From Actinomycetota bacterium (lineage in GTDB: Bacteria; Actinomycetota; Acidimicrobiia; Acidimicrobiales; SZUA-35), in assembly GCA_039201605.1 (NCBI GenBank), contig JBCCRO010000021.1, positions 7,738-71,737 of the forward strand: a stretch of 64,000 nt of DNA, written 5' to 3'. Under the pieces are notes generated by a model. It did not search any database. It was not told where the DNA came from and saw only the letters and a program-made list of their open reading frames with translations. Both the position numbers and the translations under genes were made by a program. How positions within the stretch are numbered: the stretch's first letter is position 1; every line of letters starts with the position of its first letter. Positions 47,023 to 56,097 of this stretch are shown here, piece by piece.

Positions 47023-48158
47023 CCCCGACACCACTGCCCTCGCCGGACGAGGCCCTGCTCACCCCACCCGACGCCGCCGAGGTCGCCCACCTGGCCAACG
47101 GCGTGCTCACCGCCATCGAGCCCGACGGAGGCCGCACCGAGTTCCAGAACCTCCTGGTCGACGCCGCATTCGAGTCGCTCACCGGCTTCGGGGTCGACCT
47201 GGCCGAGGTCGAGCGGATCTCGGCCGAGGCGTTCGCTCAGGGGATGGCGGCTCGCAACGCCGCCTTCCGCACCCGGATCCTGCAGACGATGATCCTCGGC
47301 GCCCTCGTGCTTCGACCCCTGCCGGTGGAGGTGGCCGAGCGGGTGGCGTCGTTCGCCCGGGCCATGAGCGTGGACGACGGCATGCTGGGCGTGGCCCAGC
47401 GCTTCGCCGAGGGGCAGATCGGTCTGGCCGCCATCGACTTCGACCGCAACGGGTACACCGCCGACTGGAAGCCGGACCGGGCCGAGGCGCTCCACACCAG
47501 CAGCGAGTTGGAGGACGCCTGGGGCTTTTCCGAGGACGACCCCGAGTCGGCGGCCCGGTGGTCGGCCCTCGCCGACCTGCCGGCGGGCACCCTGGGCCGC
47601 CGGATGTGGGAGTTCTATCAGGCCCGGGGTTTCAGCTTCCCCGGGCTGCCCGGCTCGGCTCCGCCGCTGCTGGCCCAGCACGACTGGGTCCATGTGCTGG
47701 CCGACTACGGAACGAAGGTCGAGTCGGAGCTCGAGGTGTTCGCCTTCATCGCCCGAGCCAACGACGACCCCCGCGGGTTCGCTCTGCTGGCCATGGTCGT
47801 CTCGCTGTTCGAGACGGGCTACCTCGAGACGGGAGCCGGTTTGTTCGAGGCCTTCCCCGGCCAGTTGTCGCAGGACGGCATGGCGGTGCGGGTGGCCGAT
47901 GCGCTGCGCCGGGGCGCCCTCTGCCACGGCCTCGACGGTGAGCCCGACGTCGACTTCCTCGCCACCGACTGGTTCACCGTGGCCGACCGACCGGTCGACG
48001 AACTGCGGGAGCGCTTCGGGGTGCCGGCCAAGTCGGCGGCAGCCGAGGGCGCCGGCTCCACCGGTCCGTGGCAGCCGGGCGGCATCAGCGAGTTTCAGTA
48101 TGCGGCTGCTCGGGAAGCCGCGGGCGAGGGCTACGACAGCTACGGGGCGACGCCCTAG
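47019..48158 (+). CDS. Coq4-like metal-binding protein
   Basis: LPAGTLGR...HDWVHVLADYGT...E, matching the Coq4 HDxxH-x11-E motif. Confidence 0.7.
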   Translation: MTPTPLPSPDEALLTPPDAAEVAHLANGVLTAIEPDGGRTEFQNLLVDAAFESLTGFGVDLAEVERISAEAFAQGMAARNAAFRTRILQTMILGALVLRPLPVEVAERVASFARAMSVDDGMLGVAQRFAEGQIGLAAIDFDRNGYTADWKPDRAEALHTSSELEDAWGFSEDDPESAARWSALADLPAGTLGRRMWEFYQARGFSFPGLPGSAPPLLAQHDWVHVLADYGTKVESELEVFAFIARANDDPRGFALLAMVVSLFETGYLETGAGLFEAFPGQLSQDGMAVRVADALRRGALCHGLDGEPDVDFLATDWFTVADRPVDELRERFGVPAKSAAAEGAGSTGPWQPGGISEFQYAAAREAAGEGYDSYGATP

Positions 48159-48219
48159 CCGCCTCGGTGGTTCGGTGGCCCCGGCCGCCCGCGCCGTGCT
48201 CCGGCCCGCTCACGCGAGC

Positions 48220-48234
48220 TGGGAACGGCTCTCA
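48220..48234. promoter_or_regulatory. putative Zur box
   Basis: TGGGAACGGCTCTCA resembles the 7-1-7 consensus TGAAAATGATTTTCA. Confidence 0.45.
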
Positions 48235-48255
48235 TTACAGGGTAGTCTCCGGGCC

Positions 48256-49017
48256 ATGTTCGGTGGGCAGCCCACAGGAGACGAGTCGGCCACTGGGCCC
48301 GCTCGTCTGTCGTCGTCGCCGTCGGTCGTGTTCGACGGAGTCGACGTACAGCGGGGCTCACGGTTGGCGCTCCGGGGCGTGACGTTCGCCCTCCAGCCGG
48401 GAACGGTGACGTCGATTGTCGGGCCGAACGGCGCCGGCAAATCCAGCCTGCTCGGCGCACTCAGCGGCCGCCTGCCGCTGTCGTCGGGAACGGTGCGGGT
48501 CGACGGCGAGGTGGCCGAGGTGCTCCAGAGCACCCAGATCGACCCCCACCTCCACCTCACGGTCGAGGATGTCGTCCGGATCGCCCGCTATCCGTCCCGC
48601 GGCCTGTTCCGGCCGATGCGGGCCCGGGATCGCGAGATCATCCACAAGGCGATGGCCGCCTGCGATGTGCGTGGGTTCCGCCGCCGATCGATCCACGAAC
48701 TGTCCGGTGGGCAGCGGCAACGGGTGCTGGTGGCCCAGGCCCTGGCCCAACAGGCTCCCGTGTTGCTACTCGACGAGCCGACGACCGGACTCGATCGGCA
48801 GTCCCAGCGCCACCTGCTGCGCATCATCCGGGACGAGGCCGACCGAGGCACGACGGTGCTTGTCGCCACCCACAATCTGAGCGAGGCCGAGCAGGCCGAC
48901 AACATGATCGTGCTGGCCTGCGACTGCCTCTGCTGTGCGCCCCCGTCGACGGCGCTGGCCGATCCGGCGGTCACGGCGTTGTTCGAGACCGCCCCGAGCT
49001 TCGCCCGCAGCGCCTGA
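48256..49017 (+). CDS. metal (Zn/Mn) ABC transporter ATP-binding protein
   Basis: GPNGAGKS, LSGGQRQR and LLLDEPT. Confidence 0.88.
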   Translation: MFGGQPTGDESATGPARLSSSPSVVFDGVDVQRGSRLALRGVTFALQPGTVTSIVGPNGAGKSSLLGALSGRLPLSSGTVRVDGEVAEVLQSTQIDPHLHLTVEDVVRIARYPSRGLFRPMRARDREIIHKAMAACDVRGFRRRSIHELSGGQRQRVLVAQALAQQAPVLLLDEPTTGLDRQSQRHLLRIIRDEADRGTTVLVATHNLSEAEQADNMIVLACDCLCCAPPSTALADPAVTALFETAPSFARSA

Positions 49018-49062
49018 GCCGACGGCCGGCGCCGCCCTGGTCGGTGGTGACGGAGGAGGGGG

Positions 49063-49929
49063 CTAGGCAGGCTGCCCGGTGCCGGTGTCCTCGACCAGAT
49101 CGGTCGGTGACGCCGGGCCACGCATGGCGGTGGCCACCTCGGTCACCGCCAGCACGACGAAGAACTGGGCCACGCTGATGCCCGACATCGTCGCTCCGCC
49201 GGCGGTGCCGGCGTGGAAGCTGATCGTCAGCCCGAGGACGACGGCGACCGCACCGAACAGGATCGACGCCACCATCATCACCGGTATCCGTTTGGTGAGG
49301 AGCGAGGCGGTGGCCGGCGGACCGACGAGAAGGCCGAACACCAGAAGGGTGCCCACCGCCTGGAAACTGATCACGATGCTGAGGGCGAGCAACACCATCA
49401 TCGCCAGGTGGGTGAGGCGAGGCTGCATGCCGAGGCTCTGGGCCTTCAACGGGTTGAAGGTGAGGGCCACGAACGGGCGGTAGAGGATCAGGGTCGCCAC
49501 CACGACGATGACGGTGCCGATCAGCTGGCCGATAATGTCGCCGCGGGTCACGCCGAGGATGTCGCCGAAGAGCAGGGAGGTGACCTCGGCGCTGAACGAC
49601 CGGGCCTTCGACACGATGACGATGCCGAGTGAGAGCATCCCGACGAACAGCAACCCGATGCCGGTGTCCTCCCGTATCGCCGATCGAGACGACACCAGCG
49701 TGACCAGGCCGGACATCACCGCCGCCGCGGCCAGAGCGCCGACGAAGGGGCTGAACTCCCACAGGACGGCGAGCGCGATGCCGGGGATGACGCCGTGGGA
49801 GAGCGCATCGCCGAGGAAGGCCAGGCCTCGCAACACCACCCAGGTCCCCACCAATGATGCGGCCACCACCGCCAGGAGGCCGGCCAGCAGCGCACGCTGC
49901 ATGAACGCCGGCTCAAACGCCTCGATCAC
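49063..49929 (-). CDS. metal (Zn/Mn) ABC transporter permease
   Basis: FMQRAL, FLGDALSHGVIPG, LLFGDILGV and VGTLLVFGLLVGPPATA. Confidence 0.92.
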   Translation of the reverse strand: MIEAFEPAFMQRALLAGLLAVVAASLVGTWVVLRGLAFLGDALSHGVIPGIALAVLWEFSPFVGALAAAAVMSGLVTLVSSRSAIREDTGIGLLFVGMLSLGIVIVSKARSFSAEVTSLLFGDILGVTRGDIIGQLIGTVIVVVATLILYRPFVALTFNPLKAQSLGMQPRLTHLAMMVLLALSIVISFQAVGTLLVFGLLVGPPATASLLTKRIPVMMVASILFGAVAVVLGLTISFHAGTAGGATMSGISVAQFFVVLAVTEVATAMRGPASPTDLVEDTGTGQPA

Positions 49930-49952
49930 AGACTGACCCTACCTCGGCAAAT

Positions 49953-49970
49953 CCGGAATGATTCTCGATA
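49953..49970. promoter_or_regulatory. putative Zur box
   Basis: GGAATGATTCTCGATA between the divergent permease and Fur-family genes. Confidence 0.5.
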
Positions 49971-50196
49971 TTATCCCTGTGTGGTCGACAGCATTCGATT
50001 CGGCGAACTCCACGCATGCCGGGAGGTCTTCGCGCCGGATCGGGTGGTCACGCTCGCCTCGGCCGCCATCGACGTCGGCGATCTCACCACGTCGCCGTCG
50101 CCGCAGCCGGTCGCTCCGGCGGCCGGGTGCCGCCGCTCGGCGGTCGGATCCTCACGATCGGGGACTCGCCCCCGCCCGAAGGTGGCGGGGTAGCAC

Positions 50197-50649
50197 ATGA
50201 CCACGTCGGACGATCTGGACCATCTGCATGCCGCCGCCATCGAGCGACTGACCGCCCACGGCCACCGCTACACCCGGGCCCGGCGACGGATCGTGACGCT
50301 CCTGGACGAGGCGTCAGCCCCGGTGACCATCCCCCAGCTGTTGGACATCGACGGCGATCTGGCCCAGTCGAGCACCTACCGCAACGTCGCCATTCTGGAG
50401 GAGGCCGGCGTCGCCACCCGGATCCTGGTGGCCGACGATCACGCCCGCTACGAGCTGGACGAGCGGGTGACGAAGCGTCACCATCACCATCTGATCTGCG
50501 TCGAGTGTGGAGAGGTCCAGGACTTCGAGCTGTCGATGGAACTCGAGCGATCGCTGGACGAAGCGCTCGAACGCGCCGGCCGATCCGCGACCTTCCGGGT
50601 CGAGCGGCATCGGCTTGATGCGCTGGGCAGCTGCGAGAGCTGCGACTGA
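50197..50649 (+). CDS. Fur-family regulator (likely Zur)
   Basis: STYRN, HHHHLICVECG and C-terminal CESC. Confidence 0.9.
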   Translation: MTTSDDLDHLHAAAIERLTAHGHRYTRARRRIVTLLDEASAPVTIPQLLDIDGDLAQSSTYRNVAILEEAGVATRILVADDHARYELDERVTKRHHHHLICVECGEVQDFELSMELERSLDEALERAGRSATFRVERHRLDALGSCESCD

Positions 50650-50691
50650 CTCACCGGCCGGCACCGCTCGGTGCCGGCCGGTCAGCAGCGT

Positions 50692-51987
50692 CTAGGAAAG
50701 GGCCTCGCTGATGCGGGTGGCGTTGGTGCGGACCATGTCGAGGTAGGTCGCGCCATCCGAATCGCCGTCGCCCAGGGACTCGGTGAACAGCTCGACGACG
50801 GCGACATCGCCGACCTCGGCGGCCAGAGCCTCGATCAGATCCGACGATGACGACGTGTCGGAGAAGATGGCGGGGACGCCCTCGGCCTCGATCACCTCCG
50901 ACAGCTCGGCCAACTCGCCACCGCTGGCGCTGGCCAACGTCGAGCCGGACGGGATGACGGTGCCCACGACCTCGAAGCCGTAGTGATCGGCGAAGTAGCC
51001 GAAGACCTCGTGATTGGTGATCAGCACCCGCTGATCCTCAGGGATGGCGTTGACCAGATCCTTGACCTCGGCGTCCAGCGACTCCAGCTCGCCGACGTAG
51101 GCGTCGGTGGCGCTGCTCAGGGCGTCGGCGTCGAGGCCGTCGACCTCGGCGGCGAGGAAGGACTCGATGCCGCGGACGGCGTCGATCATCCGGGCCGGGT
51201 CGGTGAAGAAGTGGGGATCCTCCCCGGAGTGGTCGTGACCCTCGTGATCGTCGTGATCGTCGTGGCCTTCTTCGTCCTTGTGCTCTTCGCCCTCTTCGTG
51301 GTCGTGGCCTTCTTCGTCGGAGTGCTCTTCGCCGTCCTCGTGGTCGTGGCCTTCTTCGTCGGAGTGCTCTTCGCCCTCTTCGTGGTCGTGGCCTTCTTCG
51401 TCGGAGTGCTCTTCGCCCTCTTCGTGGTCGTGGCCTTCTTCGTCGGAGTGCTCTTCGCCCTCTTCGTGGTCGTGGCCTTCTTCGTCCTTGTGCTCTTCGC
51501 CGTCCTCGTGGTCGTGGCCCTCCTCGTCGGAGTGCTCCTCGCCATCCTCGTGGTCGTCGTCGTGGCCGTGATCGTGGCCGCCCTCGGCGAACTCGATGGT
51601 CTGGACGGCCGAGGTGGCCTCGAACGTCGGGACGCCGGCTTCGACGGCCGAATCGATCACGTCGAGCAGGCCCTCCTCGAAGGAGGTGCCGTTCACCACC
51701 AGGGCATCGGCCTCCAACAGCTGGTCGACCTCCTGGGCCGAAGCCTGGAAGTCGTGCGGGTCGGCACCGACCGGCATGATGGTGATGACGTTGGCCTGGT
51801 CACCGACCAACTCGCCGACGACATCACCGAGGATGTTCGTGGTCACCACGATCGTCGGTCCGTCGCCGGATTGCCCGGCATTCGCCTCGTCGGTCGTCCC
51901 ATCGTCCGACCCGCAGGCCGCGGCCACCAGGACCAGCGCCGCCAGGACGGCAAACAGCTTCCAGAGGCCGCTACGCGCCTTCGCCAT
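50692..51987 (-). CDS. Zn ABC transporter substrate-binding lipoprotein with very long His-rich loop
   Basis: Lipobox AAAC, GADPHDF, DPHFF and NHEVFGYFA. Confidence 0.92.
   Translation of the reverse strand: MAKARSGLWKLFAVLAALVLVAAACGSDDGTTDEANAGQSGDGPTIVVTTNILGDVVGELVGDQANVITIMPVGADPHDFQASAQEVDQLLEADALVVNGTSFEEGLLDVIDSAVEAGVPTFEATSAVQTIEFAEGGHDHGHDDDHEDGEEHSDEEGHDHEDGEEHKDEEGHDHEEGEEHSDEEGHDHEEGEEHSDEEGHDHEEGEEHSDEEGHDHEDGEEHSDEEGHDHEEGEEHKDEEGHDDHDDHEGHDHSGEDPHFFTDPARMIDAVRGIESFLAAEVDGLDADALSSATDAYVGELESLDAEVKDLVNAIPEDQRVLITNHEVFGYFADHYGFEVVGTVIPSGSTLASASGGELAELSEVIEAEGVPAIFSDTSSSSDLIEALAAEVGDVAVVELFTESLGDGDSDGATYLDMVRTNATRISEALS
51262..51555. repeat. seven in-frame 42-bp tandem repeats (DHE[D/E]GEEH[S/K]DEEGH)
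   Basis: Read directly from the DNA and the protein translation. Confidence 0.95.
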
Positions 51988-52006
51988 ATCTAGATCTCCC
52001 CAAAAC

Positions 52007-52021
52007 TGAGAATCAGTATCG
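52007..52021. promoter_or_regulatory. putative Zur box
   Basis: TGAGAATCAGTATCG, 20 nt upstream of the binding-protein start. Confidence 0.5.
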
Positions 52022-52118
52022 TTCTCGGAAGACTACCTACCGGTGATGAAGCGGACAACGCGGGGCCCCGGTCGAATGCCACCTCGCTGCGTGCGGTCGC
52101 ACCTATTGCGGGGGTTCC

Positions 52119-52142
52119 ATAGTCATATTAGAATATGACTAT
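52119..52142. promoter_or_regulatory. ArsR/SmtB operator (11-2-11 palindrome) overlapping the -10
   Basis: ATAGTCATATT-AG-AATATGACTAT contains TAGAAT and abuts the ATG. Confidence 0.85.
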
Positions 52143-52442
52143 ATGTCAGACGTGGAAGCCGCCGCCGATCTGCTCAAGGCCTTCGCCCACCCGCTGCGGC
52201 TGGCGATCGTGCTCGAGGTGCAGCACGGCGAGCGATGCGTCCACGATCTCACCGATGCCCTCGATGCCAGCCAGCCGCTGATCTCGCAGCATCTCAAGAT
52301 CCTCCGCCAGGCCGGTGTGTTGAAGGGGCGTCGCCGCGGCCGGGAGATCGCTTACTCCATCGCCGACCATCACGTCACCCATATCGCCCTCGACGCCGTC
52401 GAGCACGCTCGGGAAATCCTCCAGGAAAGGGAGCAGCAATGA
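52143..52442 (+). CDS. ArsR/SmtB metal-sensing repressor
   Basis: KAFAHPLRL, CVHDL, SQHLKILR and alpha5-type DHHVTHIALDAVEH. Confidence 0.92.
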   Translation: MSDVEAAADLLKAFAHPLRLAIVLEVQHGERCVHDLTDALDASQPLISQHLKILRQAGVLKGRRRGREIAYSIADHHVTHIALDAVEHAREILQEREQQ

Positions 52443-52732
52443 GCACCTGCATCATCCACACCGATCACGACCACGTTCACGGTCCCGGTTGCGGCCACGC
52501 CAGCGTGGTCCACGGCGACCACGTCGACTATTTCCACGACGGCCACGTCCACCGGGAGCACGACGGCCACTGGGACGAGTGCGAGGTCACCCACGCCGTG
52601 GCCGAGGACCACGGCGACCACGTCCACGGTCCCGGCTGCGGCCACGAGGCGATCCAGCACGGCGACCACGTCGACTATCTGCACGACGGCCACCGTCACG
52701 CCGCCCACGGCGACCACTACGACGAGCACTGA
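52439..52732 (+). CDS. His-rich metal-binding protein with internal duplication (97 aa)
   Basis: Two copies of HVHGPGCGH...HGDHVDYxHDGH; ATGA overlap with the repressor gene. Confidence 0.85.
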   Translation: MSTCIIHTDHDHVHGPGCGHASVVHGDHVDYFHDGHVHREHDGHWDECEVTHAVAEDHGDHVHGPGCGHEAIQHGDHVDYLHDGHRHAAHGDHYDEH

Positions 52733-52777
52733 TGATCGGTCGGGCGCCGGCCGATCTGTTCGGCCCGGCGCCCGTCG

Positions 52778-54004
52778 TCATCCGGTGGGGTCGACGCCGG
52801 GAGCGACGGGCCGACCGGCTGGTCGCACGCCGAGAGCGGCGAGGCAACCGGCGGCGATGACCCCGGCCGCCACCAGCAACACCACCTGACCGTCGTCCGA
52901 CCAGGCGGCGCCGGCCGCAATCGACCCGATGAACGCCGCCAACCCCGAAACGGCGGCTCGATCGCCGAGCACGGCCCCACGGGACTCGGGCGGACCCAAC
53001 GAGAGCAGCCATGCCTTCACGGGACCACGGGTCAGGGCGTCGGCGGCGCCGACGCCGGCCAATGCCAGCCACACCACCCCGGGATCGGCGGCGACGGCGG
53101 CGAGGGCGATGGCGGCGGCCGAGACGGCCATGCCGGTGACCGTGATCAGGCGGGCCGAGTAGCGGTCGACCAGACGCCCGGCGGGATAGGCCACGATCGC
53201 CGTCACCAGGCGGAGCAGGGCATAGCCGACGACGACCTCGACCACGGTGGCGTCGATGTCGAGGGCCCGAAGCAACAACAGCGACGGGGTGATGAAACCC
53301 AGGGCGTGGAGCGCCACCGCCACCAGCGCGACCCGCTGGTTCGGCGTCGTCCGGGCGGCGGCATCGGGGGCGGCCTCCGGTGTCGGGTCGGCGGACCGGG
53401 GCGTCGCCGCCTCCGACGTCAGCGCCTCCGACGTCGGTTCCCCGGCGGCGGGTAGACGCCACAGGAGCAGGACGCTCACGACGCAGGGCACGAAGGCCAC
53501 GACGAACACGGCGTCGAAGGACTCACCGCTCAGCTGGTACACGGCCAGCCCGAGCAGGGGCCCGAGGAAACCGCCGGTCTTGTCCATCGCCTGCTGTATG
53601 CCGAAGCTGCGACCGTGGTCCGGGCGGGCGGCGGCGAGCAGGACGTCGCGCGGGGTGTCGCGGATGCCCTTGCCCGCCCGGTCCAGCACTCGGATGACCA
53701 GCACGGTCGGCCAGACGGTGGCCACCGCCAGCGCCAGCTTCATGGCGCTGGACAGCCCATAACCGACGCGCACCCACCGGGCCGGTCGCCGCCGGGCGAA
53801 GCGACCCGCCACCGGCGCCACCAGGGCGGCGCTGACGGTGGCCAGCCCGTCGATCAGGCCGACGGCGAAGGCCGAGGCACCCAGTTGGAGCACCAGGAAC
53901 GGGGTCAGGACGGGGACCACCATCTTCGAGCCGAGGTCCTGCAGCAGCGACACCCAGCCGAAGTGGACCGCGGTGTCGGGTCGTTTGCCGAGCCGCTGAA
54001 CCAC
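52778..54004 (-). CDS. MFS transporter
   Basis: DRAGKGIRDTPRD, GRSFG..QAMD and GRLVDRY; about 12 TM helices. Confidence 0.88.
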   Translation of the reverse strand: MVQRLGKRPDTAVHFGWVSLLQDLGSKMVVPVLTPFLVLQLGASAFAVGLIDGLATVSAALVAPVAGRFARRRPARWVRVGYGLSSAMKLALAVATVWPTVLVIRVLDRAGKGIRDTPRDVLLAAARPDHGRSFGIQQAMDKTGGFLGPLLGLAVYQLSGESFDAVFVVAFVPCVVSVLLLWRLPAAGEPTSEALTSEAATPRSADPTPEAAPDAAARTTPNQRVALVAVALHALGFITPSLLLLRALDIDATVVEVVVGYALLRLVTAIVAYPAGRLVDRYSARLITVTGMAVSAAAIALAAVAADPGVVWLALAGVGAADALTRGPVKAWLLSLGPPESRGAVLGDRAAVSGLAAFIGSIAAGAAWSDDGQVVLLVAAGVIAAGCLAALGVRPAGRPVAPGVDPTG

Positions 54005-54105
54005 CCGCTCAGTTGAGCACGACGGCGACGGCGGTGGCAACGACGGCGATCGGTATCGCCATGGTCACGCCCGGCCCGTGGTCTGGGCCGACCACGGCGC
54101 CCCGC

Positions 54106-55104
54106 CTATCGGTGGATGACGTGACGGGCCAGCGCATCGAGGGTGACTCGGATCCGCGCCGGGTCGGCGATGGCCTCGACGTAGAAGGCGAACCGGGTGG
54201 CCCCGGTCCGGGCCTGGAACTCGTCGAGCTGTTCGCAGACCGAGCCGATGGGTCCCACGATCGCCCCCTCGGCCACGTGCGCGGCCATGACCGCCCGATC
54301 GAGCGGTTTGCCGTCCGGGCCCCTGTGGCCGCCGCCGCCCTGCGGGACGTGAGGCCAGTCGCCGTCCCGGAACGACCCGGTCAGCCGCTCGATCAGGTGG
54401 CGACGGGTCTCCGCCTCGTCGTCGTCGACCACCACGATCAGGGAGTGCAGGTGGTCGACCGAGGTGTCGGGCGGGGCCGCCTCCCGGTACATCTCCTCCT
54501 GGGCGATCCGGGCGTCGACGGGGGAGCCGAAGTAGTGCTGCAGCGGGAGGCCGTGCTCGGCGGCGAACCGGATGGCGGCCTCGGTGCGCGTCGCCAGCAG
54601 CAACGGCGGGTGCGGGGCGGTCAGCACCGGTGGCTGCAGGGTGCTCGGACCGGTGGTGTGATGGGGCTGGGCCAGGTCGGCGCTGCTCCAGGCGTCGAGG
54701 ATCGCCCGGGCGCTGTGGAGGGGCTCGCCGTCCCAGCGGGCGGTGTCGACCTCGAGCACCTCGTAGTCCTTGAGGTAGCCGCCACGGCCGATGCCGAGCT
54801 CGAACCGGCCGCCGCTCAGCTGGTCGAGCAGGGCCGCCCGCTCGGCCACCTCGATCGGGTGATGGAGGGGGGAGAGGGTGACGGCGGTGCCGACCCGGAG
54901 CCGGGTGGTACGCCCGAGGAGGAAGGCGGCGGCGGTGAGGGCGCTGGGGTTGATGCCGAAGGGGATGAAGTGGTGCTCGGTCACCCACAGCTCATCGAAG
55001 CCGGCCTCCTCGGCCCGCGTGGCCTGTTCGAGGGTGAGGGCGGTGATCTCGGCTGCATCGGCGCCGAGGTTGGCGCCCATGTTGAGGAACAGTCCGTAGG
55101 TCAT
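54106..55104 (-). CDS. LLM-class flavin-dependent oxidoreductase
   Basis: WVTEHHF and HPIEVAERAALLDQLSGGRFELGIGRG. Confidence 0.9.
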   Translation of the reverse strand: MTYGLFLNMGANLGADAAEITALTLEQATRAEEAGFDELWVTEHHFIPFGINPSALTAAAFLLGRTTRLRVGTAVTLSPLHHPIEVAERAALLDQLSGGRFELGIGRGGYLKDYEVLEVDTARWDGEPLHSARAILDAWSSADLAQPHHTTGPSTLQPPVLTAPHPPLLLATRTEAAIRFAAEHGLPLQHYFGSPVDARIAQEEMYREAAPPDTSVDHLHSLIVVVDDDEAETRRHLIERLTGSFRDGDWPHVPQGGGGHRGPDGKPLDRAVMAAHVAEGAIVGPIGSVCEQLDEFQARTGATRFAFYVEAIADPARIRVTLDALARHVIHR

Positions 55105-55126
55105 CGACGCCCGGCCTCCCGCTCGC

Positions 55127-55855
55127 TCACATCCCTCGACGGCCGGGTGTCCAGTGGGCGTGGCAACCGACGTTGCGCCTCGACACCCCCCGCTCGCCCA
55201 GGGCGCCGCGCACGGCTCGCATCATCTCCATCTCACCGGTGACGTAGGCCCTGGTGCCCTCGGGCAACCCGTCGGGGAGTGCCTCGATGAGGGAGGTGCG
55301 GATCTCGCTCGCCTCGTCGGCCTTGATCCACGTCACCTCATGCGACACCGCGGTCGGGAGAACGGCCCGCTCGGGATCCGTCGTGGCCAGCAGCACGTCG
55401 ACCGACGGGGCACCGTCGCCCGACTCGGCGGCCAGGCCGTCGAGCATGGCCGAGACCGATGCCACGCTGGTGCGGTCGCCCACGAACACGTAGTGCGGGG
55501 CGTCGCTTTGGAGGGTCGGGTTGCCGCCGGGGCCCATGAAGGTGAAGGTCGACTCCGGGCGCAGGGCGTCGATGAAGCGGCCGCCCGGGGTGGACCCGTC
55601 GTGGCGGGCCATCAGGAACTCGATCGTGCCCTGCTCGCGGTCGAAGGCTCGCACGGTGTAGTGCCGCCAGCGGTCCTTCATCGTCTTGCCGTCGGGATCG
55701 ACGACGAGGGCCACGGCCTGCCCGGGCCGCCAGCTCAGATCGGGCTGCGCAGTGTTGGCCGTGATATGGACGAGATCATCACCGACATCATTGACACCCA
55801 CCACCGTGGCCGAGTTCTTCACGGTGAACTGGCGGGCCTTCTGGGTGAGCGTCAT
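55127..55855 (-). CDS. siderophore-interacting protein (FAD-binding)
   Basis: RHYTVRAFD, PGGRF, FVGDRTS, YVTGE and AHW. Confidence 0.8.
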   Translation of the reverse strand: MTLTQKARQFTVKNSATVVGVNDVGDDLVHITANTAQPDLSWRPGQAVALVVDPDGKTMKDRWRHYTVRAFDREQGTIEFLMARHDGSTPGGRFIDALRPESTFTFMGPGGNPTLQSDAPHYVFVGDRTSVASVSAMLDGLAAESGDGAPSVDVLLATTDPERAVLPTAVSHEVTWIKADEASEIRTSLIEALPDGLPEGTRAYVTGEMEMMRAVRGALGERGVSRRNVGCHAHWTPGRRGM

Positions 55856-56045
55856 CGGCCCGGTGGAAACGACCGTCGCAGAGCGAGGCATCTGCGCCCT
55901 CGCATCGATGCAGGCACGGACCTCTGCCAGATCCGCTCAGAATGCTGCCCGAGTGCGAGGGCGCAGGTCGCCCTGCCTCTGTGGTCTCGTTCCACGCTGC
56001 GAACCTAGCAGCGCCCGTCACGTTGTTACAAGGGAAACGTACATC

Positions 56046-56064
56046 TAGTGTTAGGTCTTCCTTA
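56046..56064. promoter_or_regulatory. putative DtxR/IdeR iron box
   Basis: TAGTGTTAGGTCTTCCTTA matches about 14/19 of TWAGGTWAGSCTWACCTWA. Confidence 0.5.
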
Positions 56065-56097
56065 TATCCCTCGTAGCCGCCGCACAGGAGTTCCATC

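Noticed and set aside
51262-51555. Regularly spaced repeats as CRISPR or ncRNA
   Set aside because: They are in-frame coding repeats of a His-rich loop.
50983-51993. Hydrophobic repeat membrane protein on the + strand
   Set aside because: It is the antisense reading of the His/Glu repeats.
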